Source: Eledone cirrhosa (taxonomy: Eukaryota). From it: DNA of 64,000 bases. Under the pieces are notes generated by a model. That model searched no databases. It was not told the DNA's origin and worked only from the letters and a program-made list of their open reading frames with translations. A program made the translations under genes and the position numbers. This document shows positions 1-13,175 of the stretch, in pieces. The stretch is taken from positions 17,050,001 through 17,114,000 of the forward strand of contig OZ024763.1 of the NCBI GenBank assembly GCA_964016885.1, written 5' to 3'. Position 1 is the first letter of the stretch, and each line of letters opens with the position of its first letter.

Positions 1-310
1 ATATATATATATAATCATTTATATATATATATATAATCATTTATATATATATATATAATCATTTATATATATATATATATAATCATTTATATATATATAT
101 ATAATCATTTATATATATATATATAATCATTTATATATATATATATAATCATTTATATATATATATATAATCATTTATATATATATATATAATTATTTAT
201 ATATATATATATAATCATTTATATATATATATATAATCAACTATATATATATATCAACTATATATATATATATATATATCAACTATATATATATATATAT
301 CAACTATAGA
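1..310. repeat. (TA)n-based minisatellite, unit about ATATATATATATAATCATTT
   Basis: Repeated AATCATTT or TCAAC cores separated by TA runs of variable length. Confidence 0.95.
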
Positions 311-374
311 TAATTTTAAAATGATTAATCTTCCTTGTATATATTTCATTAAAGAATATATATATATATATATA

Positions 375-805
375 TCATCATCATCGTTTAACGTCTATCT
401 TCCACGTTGGCATGGGTTTAGACGGGAATTGAGGCAAGATTGGTTGGGTGACCGTGTTTCGCTTGTATAGGACCGTCTGGCAGGTTTTCTATGGCTGGAT
501 GCCCTTCCAAACACCAACCACGTTTACAGTGTGGACTGGAGGTTTTTACTGTGTTACCTACACGGCCACATTACAGCGTGGACTGTGTGATTTTTGTCGT
601 GTCACCTACACGATCTCATTTGTTTCGGCCTGGATGTTGTGGCACCAACATAACTTTACATTGAAAGGGGCGGTGGACTGTGTCTTTTTTGTCGTGACAC
701 CTATACGACCTCATTTATTTTGGTCTGGATGTTCTGGTACCAACACAACTTTACGGAGAAAGGGTAGTGTAGGTGGGAGTGGGGGTGGTGGAGTAGGGGA
801 ACTGA
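375..805 (-). mobile_element. Family C retroelement 3' fragment with (ATG)n tail
   Basis: Homologous to 3000-3592 and 18611-18972. The minus strand ends in AACCCATGC..GTGGAAGATAGACGTTAAAC(GAT)n. Confidence 0.8.
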
Positions 806-847
806 TATATATATATCTATATATATATATATATATATATATTCATA

Positions 848-1461
848 TCTATATATATAAAACTGAGGATGTCTGTGTGTGTGTTTGAGTTTGAATCCCC
901 AAAACTCGAAGTACCCAACCGATTTTTTTCAAACTTTACATGTGTATTACTTATGTTTCAGGGAGTGTTATGCATTAGGCCCGCATTAGGTGAAAAACTG
1001 CGTTTTTTCAGTTTTTTAGGGGTTTTTTGAGGCATTACGTCAGACCAATTTCCTTGAAATTGTAACTATGTATTAGTTCAGTCTCTTCTTCATACCGTGA
1101 GCAAAGAAAATCCAACTTTTTTATGGTCTAGGGCCCGCATTAGGTGAAAAACTTCATTTTGTCAGCTTTTTAGGGCTTTTTTGAGGTGTTACGTCTAGCT
1201 GATTTTCCCGAAATTTCAAGGCACATAAAATTATGCACATAAAAAAAATTCATTTTCTTGATCCTCTAGGGCCCGCATTAGGTGAAAACCTGCATTTTTC
1301 CTGCTTCATCGAGGAAGATATTAAAGATTATCCAGCCATCAGCGTATTCGGTTTATTTTCTTTACATATTGTCGAGGCATGCAGTTTTTCCATGATTAGG
1401 TCTGTTGGCGGCCCACGTTCCAAAATACCTTATCCTGTGCAACGCCAGGTACCACTGCTAG
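848..1461 (+). mobile_element. Non-autonomous Helitron-like element
   Basis: Starts TCTATATATATAAAA after an A. Ends with subterminal hairpin CCTGTGCAACGCCAGG and CTAG before a T. Three internal GGCCCGCATTAGGTGAAAA subrepeats. Confidence 0.75.
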
Positions 1462-1528
1462 TATGTATATATATTCATAGAACACATTCCAGGAGACATG
1501 TATGTATATATATATGTATATCTATCTA

Positions 1529-1580
<52 letters not shown>

Positions 1581-1771
1581 TGTGTGTATATATATGTATA
1601 GCACACATTCCAGGAGATATATATATATATATATGTGTGTGTGTATGTGTGTATGGACATTTTGTCCTTGCTCCTCCATTATACAGTGGTGGCCATAACT
1701 GGACCCCAAAACCCAGGTACCCGCATACATATTAAGTGTAGTATGAAATTTTATATAAACTATACAGTGAA

Positions 1772-2166
1772 GGCGCATGGCTTAGTGGTTAGAGCATTGG
1801 GCTTGCAATCGAAAGGTTGTGAGTTCAATTCTCAGACCGGGTGATGTGTTGTTTCCTTGAGCAAGACACTTTATTTCACATTGCTCCAGTTTACTCAGCT
1901 GTAGAAATGAGATGATAGGGACTGGGGTCCCTATCATTCCACTGCAAAGTAGTCGTGGAGGTGCCACGACAAAATAAAAGCACCCAGCACTCACTGTAAA
2001 TGAGGTTGGTGTTAGGAAGGGCATCCAGCTGTAGAAATCAAGCCTGAATCAGTTTCCGTATGAGCAAGACAAGGTCAGCCAACTGGACACTGCCCACAAC
2101 AGGACAACCTGTCGAACCCATGCTAGCATGGAAGAACGGACGTAAAACGGTGATGATGATGATGAT
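1772..2166 (+). mobile_element. tRNA-derived SINE, family A
   Basis: Pol III A box TGGCTTAGTGG and B box GAGTTCAATTC, central CCTTGAGCAAGACACTT motif, (ATG)n tail. Seven copies in the window. Confidence 0.9.
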
Positions 2167-2471
2167 ACAGATTTATATATTACCTAATCCACTTCAATGG
2201 CGAATAGAATTCTTTGTAGTATTCGTTCCACCTGTCTGCTCTCTGAGTTCAAATCCCACCATAGTCAACTTTGCCTTCCATCCTTTTGTGCTCAATAAAA
2301 TAAAGGACCAGTCAAGTACTGATGTCAATTCTTCCTCTATCTCTTTCTCATTTCCATTCTCTCACTCTTTATCCTTCTCTGGAAGAAATCTGCTTTATTC
2401 AGACCTGGACAGGAGATAGGCTCTGCCAGGTGTAAAAATGCTTTAGAGACATCTGAGAGGTCCAGCAGGAG

Positions 2472-2698
2472 TTAACCCTTTAGTGTTCAAACCGGCCAAA
2501 ACCGGCCAGAATTCTCTACTTCTTTCTGTTGAAACTGGCTGTAACTGGTCGCTCAAACTGATGTTAAGGTATTGTTCTCAAAATAAATACTTTCAAAATC
2601 TCATAGATTCGATATTATGTGAGATATTATGTGAGGTAAAGCCTTTACCATGAAAATATAATAGTAAATATAGAGTAATGTGAATGGTAAAGGGTTAA
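2472..2698 (+). mobile_element. piggyBac-type MITE, family P1 (compact copy)
   Basis: TTAA-CCCTTTA...TAAAGGG-TTAA: TTAA target duplication with CCC-starting inverted ends. Six copies in the window. Confidence 0.85.
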
Positions 2699-2763
2699 GG
2701 GACCATACATACATGGAATCCACTTCAAACCCCCAAAACTAACAAGTAGTTTATTTTACTTAA

Positions 2764-3830
2764 TCTATATTATAATAAGAGCTCTCTGTCTGTCTGTCCC
2801 TCCATCTGTCATGCTCACTTTATATAGAGAGGGGGAGTGCCAAGGGAGAGATATGTACATAGATAGAGAGAGAAAAGGGAACGCCATGTGTTTTCGAGGT
2901 GAGAGAAAGAGGTAGATAGACAGAAAGTTATGATGTCGCCCTCATTTATATATATATGGAGAAGGGGAGCACCAAGGGAGAGATATGTACATAGATACAT
3001 ACTTGCACCTCCCTAAGACAATGTCACTGGACCGAGATATTTGGTGCTACACAGTAATACAGAAGACCAGCCTTGCCTATGTACAAAGCAAAACCTACAG
3101 TCAGTAGACACCTCTTAACCAAATATACACCCCAATCCACTACCCCTACCCTATCTTCCCACTCCCACTAACACCACCCTCTCTCTGTAAAGTTGGTACC
3201 ACAATATCCGATCCAAATAAATGAGATAATGAGATCGAGATCGTGTAGGTCTCACATAAAAAAAAAAAAACACAGTCCATGCTGTAATGTTGCCGTGTAG
3301 GTAACACGGTAAAAACTCAGTCCACGCTGTAATGTGGCCGTGTAGGTAACACGGTAAAAACACACAGTCCACGCTGTAATGTGGCCGTGTAGGTAACACG
3401 GTAAAAAGTTCCCAGTTCCACACTGGAAATGTGGTTGGTGTTAGGAAGGGCATCCAGCCTTAGAAAACCTGCCAGATAGTCCTATCTGAGCGAGACACGG
3501 TCACCCGACCAACCTTGCCTCAAGTGGGACAACTCCCGTCTAACCCATGCTAGCTTGGAAAATGGACGTTAAACGATGATGATGATGATGATTATAGAGA
3601 GAGAAAACGGAGCACCGTGTGTTTTTGAGGTGAGAGAAAGAGATAGATAGACAGAAAGTTATGATGTCACCCTCATTTATATATATATAGCGAGAAGGGG
3701 AGCACCAAGTGAAAGGGGTGTGTATAAATATAGAGAAAAGGAATGTCATTTGTTAAGAGAGAGAGAGAGAGAGAGACACGAGTGTTTGTGTGTGTGACAG
3801 AAAGAGGGAGAAAACTTCGTCCCCATTTAG
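2764..3830 (+). mobile_element. Helitron-like element with nested family C insertion
   Basis: 5' TCTATATTATAATAAG followed by (GTCT)n. 3' GGGAG..TCCCC hairpin then TTAGT. Internal duplicated GA-rich blocks. Confidence 0.5.
3000..3592 (+). mobile_element. Family C retroelement 3' fragment
   Basis: Matches 375-805 and 18611-18972. Internal triplication of about 44 bp (CAGTCCACGCTGTAATGTGGCCGTGTAGGTAACACGG). (ATG)n tail. Confidence 0.8.
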
Positions 3831-3831
3831 T

Positions 3832-4393
3832 AATAATTGTTTCTACTTTAGGCACAAGGCCAGCAATTACCCCAGTACATTACTGGTACTTTATTTTATC
3901 GACCCCGTAAGGATGAAAGGCAAAGTTAACCTCGGCGGGATTTGAACTCAGACTGTAAAGGGACGTAACTCTATGCCGGGAAGCATGGTGTCCGACCCTC
4001 TACCGATACTGCCAATCCAACCCCTTCCCATTTAGTTATAATATAAAAGGGATTTGTATACACATAATTACATGTAGTTTAACAAGGTAAATAATTGTTT
4101 CTACTTTAGGCACAAGGCCAGCAATTACCCCAGTGTATTACTGGTACTTTATTTTATCGACCCCGTAAGGATGAAAGGCAAAGTCAACCTCTGTGGGATT
4201 TGAACTCAGATCATAAAGGGCCGTAAATAATTGTTTCTACTATTGGCACAAGGCCAGCAATTACCCAGTAGATTACTGGTACTTTATTTTATCGACCTCG
4301 TAAGGATGAAAGGCAAAGTTAACCTCGGCGGGATTTGAACTCAGAATGGCAAGGGCCATAACTCTATGCGTCAAAGCATGGCGTCCGACCCTC
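3832..4393 (-). mobile_element. SINE family B, three tandem or partial copies
   Basis: B box GAGTTCAAATCC and GCCTTTCATCCTTACGGGGTCGATAAAAT core on the minus strand; (ATT)-type tail. Confidence 0.85.
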
Positions 4394-4429
4394 TGTGTTA
4401 TATAAAGTGGTTCCTCTGGTCCTGTGTGT

Positions 4430-4800
4430 GTGTGTGTATGTTTATCACTGTTTGTGTGTGTGTGTTCGTTTTTATGACTGTGTGTCTGTGTGTGTTTATC
4501 ACTGTGTTTGTGTGTATGTGTTTATTACTGTTTTGTGTGTGTGTGTTTATGACTGTGTTTGTGTGTGTATGTTTGTTTATGACTGTTTGTGTGTATGTTT
4601 ATGAATGTTTTGTGAGTGTGTGTGTGTGTGTTTATGACTGTTTTGAGTGTGTGTGTGTGTTTATGACTGTTTTGAGTGTGTGTGTGTGTGTGTTTATGAC
4701 TGTTTTGTGTCTCTATGTGAGTTTGTTTATGACTGTGTGTGTATGTGTGTGTGTGTTTATGTGTTTGTATGAGTGTGTAAGTCACTGCTGCGTATTTATA
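4430..4800. repeat. (GT)n-TTTATGACT minisatellite
   Basis: Recurrent TTTATGACTG core between GT runs. Confidence 0.9.
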
Positions 4801-4864
4801 TGCTTTTGTGTGTGTGTGTGAGCAAATGTGTGTGCATTAGTAAATGTGTGTTTGTTTGGGCATA

Positions 4865-7800
4865 AATTGTGTGTGTGTGTAATTCTCTCTATATAAATGT
4901 GTGTGTGTAAATTGTGTGTGTATAATTCTCTCTATATAAATGTGTGTGTAATTCTCTCTATATAAATGTGTGTGTGTAAATTGTGTGTGTGTAATTCTAT
5001 CTATATAAATGTGTGTGTGTAAATTGTGTGTGTGTAATTCTATCTATATAAATGTGTGTGTGTAAATTGTGTGTGTAATTCTATCTATATAAATGTGTGT
5101 GTGTGTAAATTGTGTGTGTGTAATTCCCTCTATATAAGTGTGTGTGTAAATTGTGTGTGTGTAATTCTCTCTATATAAATGTGTGTGTGTAAATTGTGTG
5201 TGTAATTCTCTCTATATAAATGTGTGTGTGTAAATTGTGTGTGTGTAATTCTCTCTATATAAATGTGTGTGTAAATTGTGTGTGTTTAATACTCTCTATA
5301 TAAATGTGTGTGTATAATTCTCTCTATATAAATGTGTGTGTGTAATACTCTATATAAATGTGTGTGTATAATTCTCTCTATATAAATGTGTGTGTGTGTA
5401 TAATTCTCTCTATATAAATGTGTGTGTATAATTCTCTCTATATAAATGTGTGTATGTGTGTATAATTCTCTCTATATAAATGTGTGTGTATAATTCTCTC
5501 TATATAAATGTGTGTATGTGTGTATAATTCTCTCTATATAAATGTGTGTAGGTGTGTATAATTCTCTCTATATACATGTGTGTATGTGTGTATAATTCTC
5601 TCTATATAAATGTGTAAATGTGTATAATTCTCTCTATATAAATGTGTGTATGTGTGTATAATTCTCTCTATATAAATGTGTGTGTATGTGTGTATAATTC
5701 TCTCTATATAAATGTGTAAATGTGTGTATAATTCTCTCTATATAAATGTGTGTGTGTGTGTAATTCTCTCTATATAAATGTGTGTGTGTATGTGTGTATA
5801 ATTCTCTCTATATAAATGTGTATGTGTGTATAATTCTCTCTATATAAATGTGTGTATGTGTGTGTAATTCTCTCTATATAAATGTGTATATGTGTGTATA
5901 ATTCTCTCTATATAAATGTGTGTATGTGTGTATATTTCTCTCTATATAAATGTGTGTATGTGTGTATAATTCTCTCTATATAAATGTGTGTATGTGTGTA
6001 TAATTATCTCTATATAAATGTGTGTGTGTGTGTGTATAATTCTCTCTATATAAATGTGTGTATGTGTGTATAATTCTCTCTATATAAATGTGTGTATGTG
6101 TGTATAATTCTCTCTATATAAATGTGTGTATGTGTGTATAATTCTCTCTATATAAATGTGTGTATGTGTGTATAATTCTCTCTATATAAATGTGTGTATG
6201 TGTGTATAATTCTCTCTATATAAATGTGTGTATGTGTGTATAATTCTCTCTATATAAATGTGTAAATGTGTGTATAATTCTCTCTATATAAATGTGTGTA
6301 TCTGTGTATAATTCTCTCTATATAAATGTGTATGTGTGTATAATTCTCTCTATATAAATGTGTGTATGTGTGTATAATTCTCTCTATATAAATGTGTAAA
6401 TGTGTGTATAATTCTCTCTATATAAATGTGTGTATGTGTGTATAATTCTCTCTATATAAATGTGTGTATGTGTGTGTATAATTCTCATTATATAAATGTG
6501 TGTATGTGTGTATAATTATCTCTATATAAATGTGTGTGTGTGTATAATTCTCTCTATATAAATGTGTGTATGTGTGTATAATTCTCTATATATAAATGTG
6601 TGTATGTGTGTATAATTCTCTCTATATAAATGTGTGTATGTGTGTGTATAATTCTCATTATATAAATGTGTGTATGTGTGTATAATTCTCTCTATATAAA
6701 TGTGTGTGTGTGTGTGTATAATTCTCTCTATATAAATGTGTGTATGTATGTATAATTCTCTCTATATAAATATGTGTATGTGTGTATAATTCTCTCTATA
6801 TAAATGTGTGTATGTGTGTATTATTCTCTCTATATAAATGTGTGTGTGTGTGTATAATTCTCTCTATATAGATGTGTGTATATGTGTATAATTCTCTCTA
6901 TATAAATGTGAGTATAATTCTCTCTATATAAATGTGTATATGTGTGTATAATTCTCTCTATATAAATGTGTGTATGTGTGCATAATTCTCTCTATAAATG
7001 TGTGTATGTGTGTATAATTCTCTCTATATAGATGTGTGTATGTGTGTATAATTCTCTCTATATAAATGTGTATGTGTGTATAATTCTCTCTATATAAATG
7101 TGTGTATGTGTGTATAATTCTCTCTATATAAATGTGTGTGTGTGTATAATTCTATCTATATAAATGTGTGTATGTGTGTATAATTCTCTCTATATAAATG
7201 TGTGTGTGTGTATAATTCTCTCTATATAAATGTGTGTTTGTATGTATAATTCTCTCTATATAAATGTGTGTATAATTCTCTCTATATAAATGTGTATATG
7301 TGTGTATAATTCTCTCTATATAAATGTGTATGTGTGTATAATTCTCTCTATATAAATGTGTGTATGTGTGTATAATTCTCTCTATATAAATGTGTATGTG
7401 TGTATAATTCTCTCTATATAAATGTGTGTGTGTGTATAATTCTATCTATATGTGTAAATGTGTGTATAATTCTCTCTATATAAATGTGTGTATAATTCTC
7501 TCTATATAAATGTGTGTATGTGTGTATAATTCTCTCTATATAAATGTATGTTTGTATAATTCTCTCTATATAAATGTGTGTGTGTATGTGTGTATAATTC
7601 TCTCTATATAAATGTGTGTATGTGTGTATAATTCTCTCTATATAAATGTGTGTGTGTGTGTGTTTAATTCTCTCTATATAAATTCGTGTATGTGTGTATA
7701 ACTCTCTCTATATAAATGTGTGTGTGTGTGTATGTGTGTGTGTATAATTCTCTCTATATAAATGTGTAAATTTGTGTGTATAATTCTCTCTATATAAATG

Positions 7801-8110
7801 TGTGTGTGTATGTGTGTATAATTCTCTCTATATAAATGTGTGTATGTGTGTATAATTCTCTCTATATAAATGTGTGTGTGTGTGTGTTTAATTCTCTCTA
7901 TATAAATTCGTGTATGTGTGTATAACTCTCTCTATATAAATGTGTGTGTGTGTGTATGTGTGTGTGTATAATTCTCTCTATATAAATGTGTAAATTTGTG
8001 TGTATAATTCTCTCTATATAAATGTGTGTGTGTGTGTGTATAATTCTCTCTATATAAATGTGTGTATGTGTGTATAACTCTCTCTATATAAATGTGTAAA
8101 TGTGTGTAAA
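4865..8110. repeat. 3.2 kb minisatellite, unit about 30-34 bp GTGTGTATAATTCTCTCTATATAAATGTGTGTAT
   Basis: Roughly 100 tandem copies of AATTCTCTCTATATAAAT with variable GT spacers. Confidence 0.97.
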
Positions 8111-8534
8111 TTTTATGTATGATTTTACTGTTTTGAGAGGACCTCTACGTGGTTACTGGATTTACTAGAAATAGCAGTCAAACTTCACTTTAAGTTTGAC
8201 TTTACTCTTTTGAGAGGACCTCTAGGTGGTTACTGGATTTGTTAGAAATAGCAGCCATATCTCACTTTATCATTTTTGAATGAAAGCATGAAAAAGCAAC
8301 AAAAAGAAAAAGATACATTGGATGATGGGATAATAGATTTGGGTTATGTGTGCATGTGTGTGTCTACATGTAAGTGTATGTGTGCGTGTATGTAGGTATA
8401 TGTGTTTGTATATATGTTTGTGTGTATGTGTGAAGGTATATTTGTCCACTTTTCCTCTACTACATTCTTCTCAGGCGTCTATTTTTCACTCCCACCCTAG
8501 TGCCTTCAATATGCCCAATCTATTTCTCATACTT

Positions 8535-8570
8535 TCTTCTGATGAAGGACTAGTGTCCGAAACGTTACGA
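8535..8570 (+). ncRNA. Minimal type I hammerhead ribozyme motif, family H1
   Basis: CTGATGA-A-GGAC(TAGT)GTCC-GAAA-CGTT. Stem I is weak in this copy. Second copy at 56514. Confidence 0.7.
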
Positions 8571-8634
8571 CCCTCTTCCTGCTATATCTTATCCAGATCT
8601 GAATACAGCAAATTTCTTCCAGAGAAGGATCATG

Positions 8635-9710
8635 TAAACTGGCCATATCCAGCCAGAATTCTCTCACCATTTTCTGTTAAAACTGGCTGTAACTTGTCAC
8701 TCATACTGATGTTAAGGTATTGTTCTCAAAATAAATAATATCAAAATCTCTTAGATTCGATATTATGTGATATTATGTGAGGTAAAGCCTTTACCATGAA
8801 AATATAATAGTATATATAGAGTAATGTGTATGTTATGTGAGATATTATGTGATGTAAAGCCTTTACCATGAAAATATAATCGTATATATAGAGTAATGTA
8901 GATGTTATGTGAGATATTATGTGAGGTAAAGCCTTTACTGTGGAAATATAATCGTATATATAGAGTAATGTAAATGTTATGTGAGATATTATGTGAGGTA
9001 AAGTCTTTACCATGAAAATATAATCGTATATATAGAGTAATGTAAATGTTATGTGAGATATTATGTGAGGTAAAGCCTTTACCATGAAAATATAATCGTA
9101 TATATAGAGTAATGTAAATGTTATGTGAGATATTATGTGAGGTAAAGCCTTTACCATGAAAATATAATAGTATATATAGAGTAATGTAAATGTTATGCGA
9201 GATATTATGTGAGGTAAAGTCTTTACCATGAAAATATAATAGTATATATAGAGTAATGTAAATGTTATGTGAGATATTATGTGAGGTAAAGCCTTTAGCA
9301 TGAAAATATAATAGTATATATAGAGTAATGTAAATGTTATGTGAGATATTATGTGAGGTAAAGCCTTTACTGTGAAAATACAATAGTATATATAGAGTAA
9401 TGTAAATGTTATGTGAGATATTATGTGAGGTAAAGCCTTTACCATAAAAATACAATAGTATATATAGAGTAATGTAAATGTTATGTGAGATAATTATGTG
9501 AGGTAAAGCCTTTACCATGAAAATACAATAGTATATATAGAGTAATGTAAATGTTATGCGAGATATTATGTGAGGTAAAGCCTTTACCATGAAAATACAA
9601 TAGTATAAATAGAGTAATGTGAATGTTATGTGAGATAATTATGTGAGGTAAAGCCTTCACCATAAAAATATAATAGTATATATAGAGTAATGTAAATGCT
9701 AAACGGTTAT
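8635..9710 (+). mobile_element. P1 MITE with internal 72-bp tandem expansion (about 13 copies, 8765-9700)
   Basis: Flanks match 2472-2698. The 72-bp period explains the 24-aa repeat ORFs. Confidence 0.9.
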
Positions 9711-10297
9711 AGGTTAAGCCGCAGTTGCACATGTCTGACAGGTGACTTGATCTGAGATTGTGTGTTGAAACTAAAGCGTGTACTGCGTAGTAGCCATTTT
9801 ACCTAGTTCAAAACATGAGCTGCAATGGAACTGTGTCAGTGACCAGGTTATAGATAGCATGCCGATAATTTTGACATGACATCAAGAAATTAATCATAAT
9901 TATAGAATGAGGTTTAGCAGTTTTTTGCGTGTTTTTAAAATGGTTAAAATGACTCTTTATTGCAGTAAGGTTTCATATCATTTGCCAATCCTAAACTAAA
10001 TAAAAGATTTGAAACTGCTTTCAACATGTTGACACATGCCAAGATTCCTTCCAGGAAATTTCAACATGACCCCCCACCACCACACACATACTCCTGCCAC
10101 CCCTGTTTATTAGAAACATGATAAATAACAACTGACGTCACAGATTAGATGATTTAAAGCATTCATCAGTCATTTCTTTTATCATGAATGTGATAAGTAG
10201 AGTTAAATAGAGAAGATCATTTTAATGCACCCTTATTACCAATGGTAATCCTTTCTACCATACATAGTACAAACACAGGATATATATATATATATAT

Positions 10298-10643
10298 GGA
10301 GGCACATGGCTTCGTGGTTAGAGCATTGGCCTTGCAATCGAAACGTTGTGAGTTCAATTCTCAGACCAGGTGATGTGTTGTTTCCTTGAGCAAGACACTT
10401 TATTTCACATTGCTCCAGTTTACTCAGCTGTAGAAATGAGATGATAGGGACTGGGGGTCCCTATCATTCTACTGCAAAAGTGGTCGTGGAGGTGCCACAG
10501 CAAAAAAGCACTCAGCCCTCACTGTAAATGAGGTTGGTGTGAGGAAGGGCATCCAGCTGTAGAAATCAAGCCAGAATCAGTTCCCGTCTCACCCTTGCAA
10601 GCAGGGAAAAGCGGGCGTAAAATGAAATGATGATGATGATGAT
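10298..10643 (+). mobile_element. SINE family A
   Basis: A and B boxes, body matching the 1772 copy, (ATG)n tail, preceded by (TA)n. Confidence 0.9.
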
Positions 10644-10692
10644 ACATTCAATGATATTAAATAAATGGAAACTATATTTATAAAACCATATT

Positions 10693-10754
10693 TATTTTAT
10701 ATATATTTCAAGGGCAACCAAGACAACATTGGTATGCTTTCATCAGATAAAATA
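10693..10754 (-). ncRNA. Hammerhead motif, family H2 (short deletion near the cleavage site)
   Basis: Minus strand: TATTTTAT-CTGATGA-AAGCATACCAA..TTGGTTGCCCTT-GAAA-TATAT-ATAAAATA. Confidence 0.65.
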
Positions 10755-11066
10755 CAAAGTTTGTTTTATAGATAGAGACGTACCCATGAAAATCATACCT
10801 TATCGGTTGGAAATTCACTGGATAGTGGAAATATATTAGGGATTATTGAAACTTACGTGTGAATATGCAAATGAATATTTAAATAATTGAAAAACAACCG
10901 TTTATCATTGAATATTTACTCCAGTAAACTGTTGAGTGCTCTAAATCAGTTATAAACATTTATATTTGTCGGACTTCCAATAAATTAAATACCATTTCTA
11001 CTTATATATATATACATATATATATAGATAAATATACACGGGTGTGTATGATTGTGTATAGAAGAT

Positions 11067-11448
11067 TATATTAATAAAAGGAATTCCAACTTTGTCTCAT
11101 TTACTCGTTTTATTTACAATCCTTTAACATTTATAATGGTATTAGAATGAAATAGTATGGTAGAATATTAAATGTTAAGTGTTAATTGAACAGGTACTTT
11201 CATGCTTTCGCAATCTTAAGGTGCATAATGTGTGGTGACAGTCAAGTTTGCAATTTTCACAGTTGAAAATTGCCAACTTGACTGTCACCACACATTATGA
11301 ACCTGAAGATTGCGAAAGCATGAAAGTACTTGTTCAATTAACACTTAACATTTAAAATTCTACCATACTATTTCATTCTAATACCATTATAAATGTTAAA
11401 GGATTGTAAATAAAACGAGTAAATCAGACAAAGTTGGAATTCCTTTTA

Positions 11449-11456
<8 letters not shown>
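11067..11456. mobile_element. Fold-back element: 193-bp inverted arms with a 4-nt loop (Penelope-like pLTR remnant)
   Basis: Arms 11067-11259 and 11264-11456 differ at 6 positions by my count. Contains a hammerhead and ends in (TA)n. Confidence 0.8.
11298..11336 (+). ncRNA. Minimal type I hammerhead ribozyme, family H3
   Basis: TGAAC-CTGAAGA-T-TGC(GAAA)GCA-T-GAAA-GTAC-TT-GTTCA: 5-bp stem I, GNRA-capped stem II, palindromic AGTACT at stem III. Confidence 0.8.
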
Positions 11457-11490
<34 letters not shown>

Positions 11491-11492
<2 letters not shown>

Positions 11493-11747
11493 AAGTATTT
11501 CCGTCGGAAAGGTACAGGAAGAAAGAGTGCTCTATGTAGGCTACAGAGCTTATTAGTTATGTAATAAACAACATAAGATAATTATTTCATTTACCAGTGG
11601 TTTCTTGAAGGCAGATGTTGTGTCTGTCTTCAGACATCAGAATGAATAAATCTATTTATTCATTCTGACGACTGAAGATAGACACGTCTGCCTTCAAGAA
11701 ACCACTGGTAAATGAAATAATTATCTTGTTGTTTATTACATAACTAA
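11491..11747. mobile_element. Fold-back element, family H4
   Basis: Inverted arms 11553-11650 and 11655-11747 plus a one-sided tail. Second copy at 57509-57630. Confidence 0.75.
11656..11720 (+). ncRNA. Hammerhead ribozyme, family H4
   Basis: TTATTCATT-CTGACGA-C-TGAAG.TAGAC(AC)GTCTG.CTTCA-A-GAAA-CCACTGG-TA-AATGAAATAA. Confidence 0.75.
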
Positions 11748-13136
11748 ATATATATATATGTATCTGTGTGTGTATGCGTGTGTGTGTTTGTGTGTGTGTA
11801 TATGTGTATATATGTGTGTGTATGTGTGTGTGTGGATGTATATATATATGTGTGTGTATATATATATGTGTGTAATTGTGTGTATGTACATCTGTGTGTG
11901 TGTGCATATGTGTGTATGTATATATGTGTGTGTATGTATGTGTGTATGTATATATGTATGTGTTTATACTGCGACTAAACTGGCAACGCCACCAAGGTTT
12001 CTTGGTGAGGAGGATGACTTTGGACATCCTGCAGGACTAGAAACAAAATCTGTCAAAGGGCAAAGGAGCTCTTAAGAGTCAATGGCCATCCAAAATCACC
12101 GGGAGAGATGACCCCTTAGCCTTTGTCAAGGCAGAATTCTAGGAGAAGGAAAACTCTGATATAACACCTGCAACTCTGATGGTATCCAATGATGTTGACT
12201 TGTTCTTCTTTTTGGTAAATATCATCTTGGTTAAGAGAGTGGGACTGGCTTTGTGCAGTGCCTTTGCTCACTATAAAAGCTTCACGGCACAGGCATTGCT
12301 TTATATCTGGAGATCTCTCTGCACTTGTCGTTACATGGTACCATGGGCCCAGCACTATGTGTCAATAATTGTCACAAGTGTAGTGTTTGTACCAGAGTTT
12401 TCAAGTCGCTGGCTGGACTAAAAAGTCACACTCGTTCAGCGTATCGGTGGGGGTTCTCTTACATGGATATAAAGTAGTGGCCGTACTCGAAAACGAGTTG
12501 GCAGCCACCATGTGTTTATATATATGTGTATATGTGTGTGTGTATATATGCGTGTGTATATATATGTGTGTATGTATATTTATATATATATGTGTGTGTG
12601 TATATATGTGTGTGTATGTATATATGTGTGTGTCTATGTATATGTGTGTATGTGTATGTGTGTGTGTGTGTGTGTGTGTGTCTATTACATATCAAGTTAT
12701 GACACCAGCACATATACATATGACTATCAGACACACACACATACACACACATACACACTATCAAAATTAAATTAAAGATGTCATCTCTGAGAATATCAGA
12801 AAGATGCGCCGTATCACCTGTGGAATAAGCTCAAAGATTCTAAGGAATAAATCCGAGCATTTATTCAAATTAAATTAAAGGTCATTTGACATATATATAT
12901 AAAATAAACACATCAAACATTGACAGGGGGTAATTTGTAAAGAGTGTAAACACACGTAGTTACGGAGGTAACATAGTAACAATTTAACGAGAAATTTGAA
13001 TATAGATACCTTGCAATAATGCTTAATGTCCTTTGTATATATTCCATTAAAGAAATATATTTCACCATTAATAGGTGAATCACAGATGTTAAATAGAAAT
13101 ATATTTCACCATTAATAGGTGAATCACAGATGTTAA

Positions 13137-13175
<39 letters not shown>

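Noticed and set aside
1772-1850. tRNA gene
   Set aside because: A and B boxes belong to a multi-copy SINE head; no complete cloverleaf or terminator.
8741-9732. 234-aa and 275-aa repeat-protein ORFs
   Set aside because: Produced by the 72-bp tandem expansion within a non-coding MITE.
13051-13138. 44-bp direct duplication with a TTCACC/GGTGAA hairpin
   Set aside because: The minus-strand CTGTGA..GAAA lacks a core base and stem I; treated as a simple local duplication.
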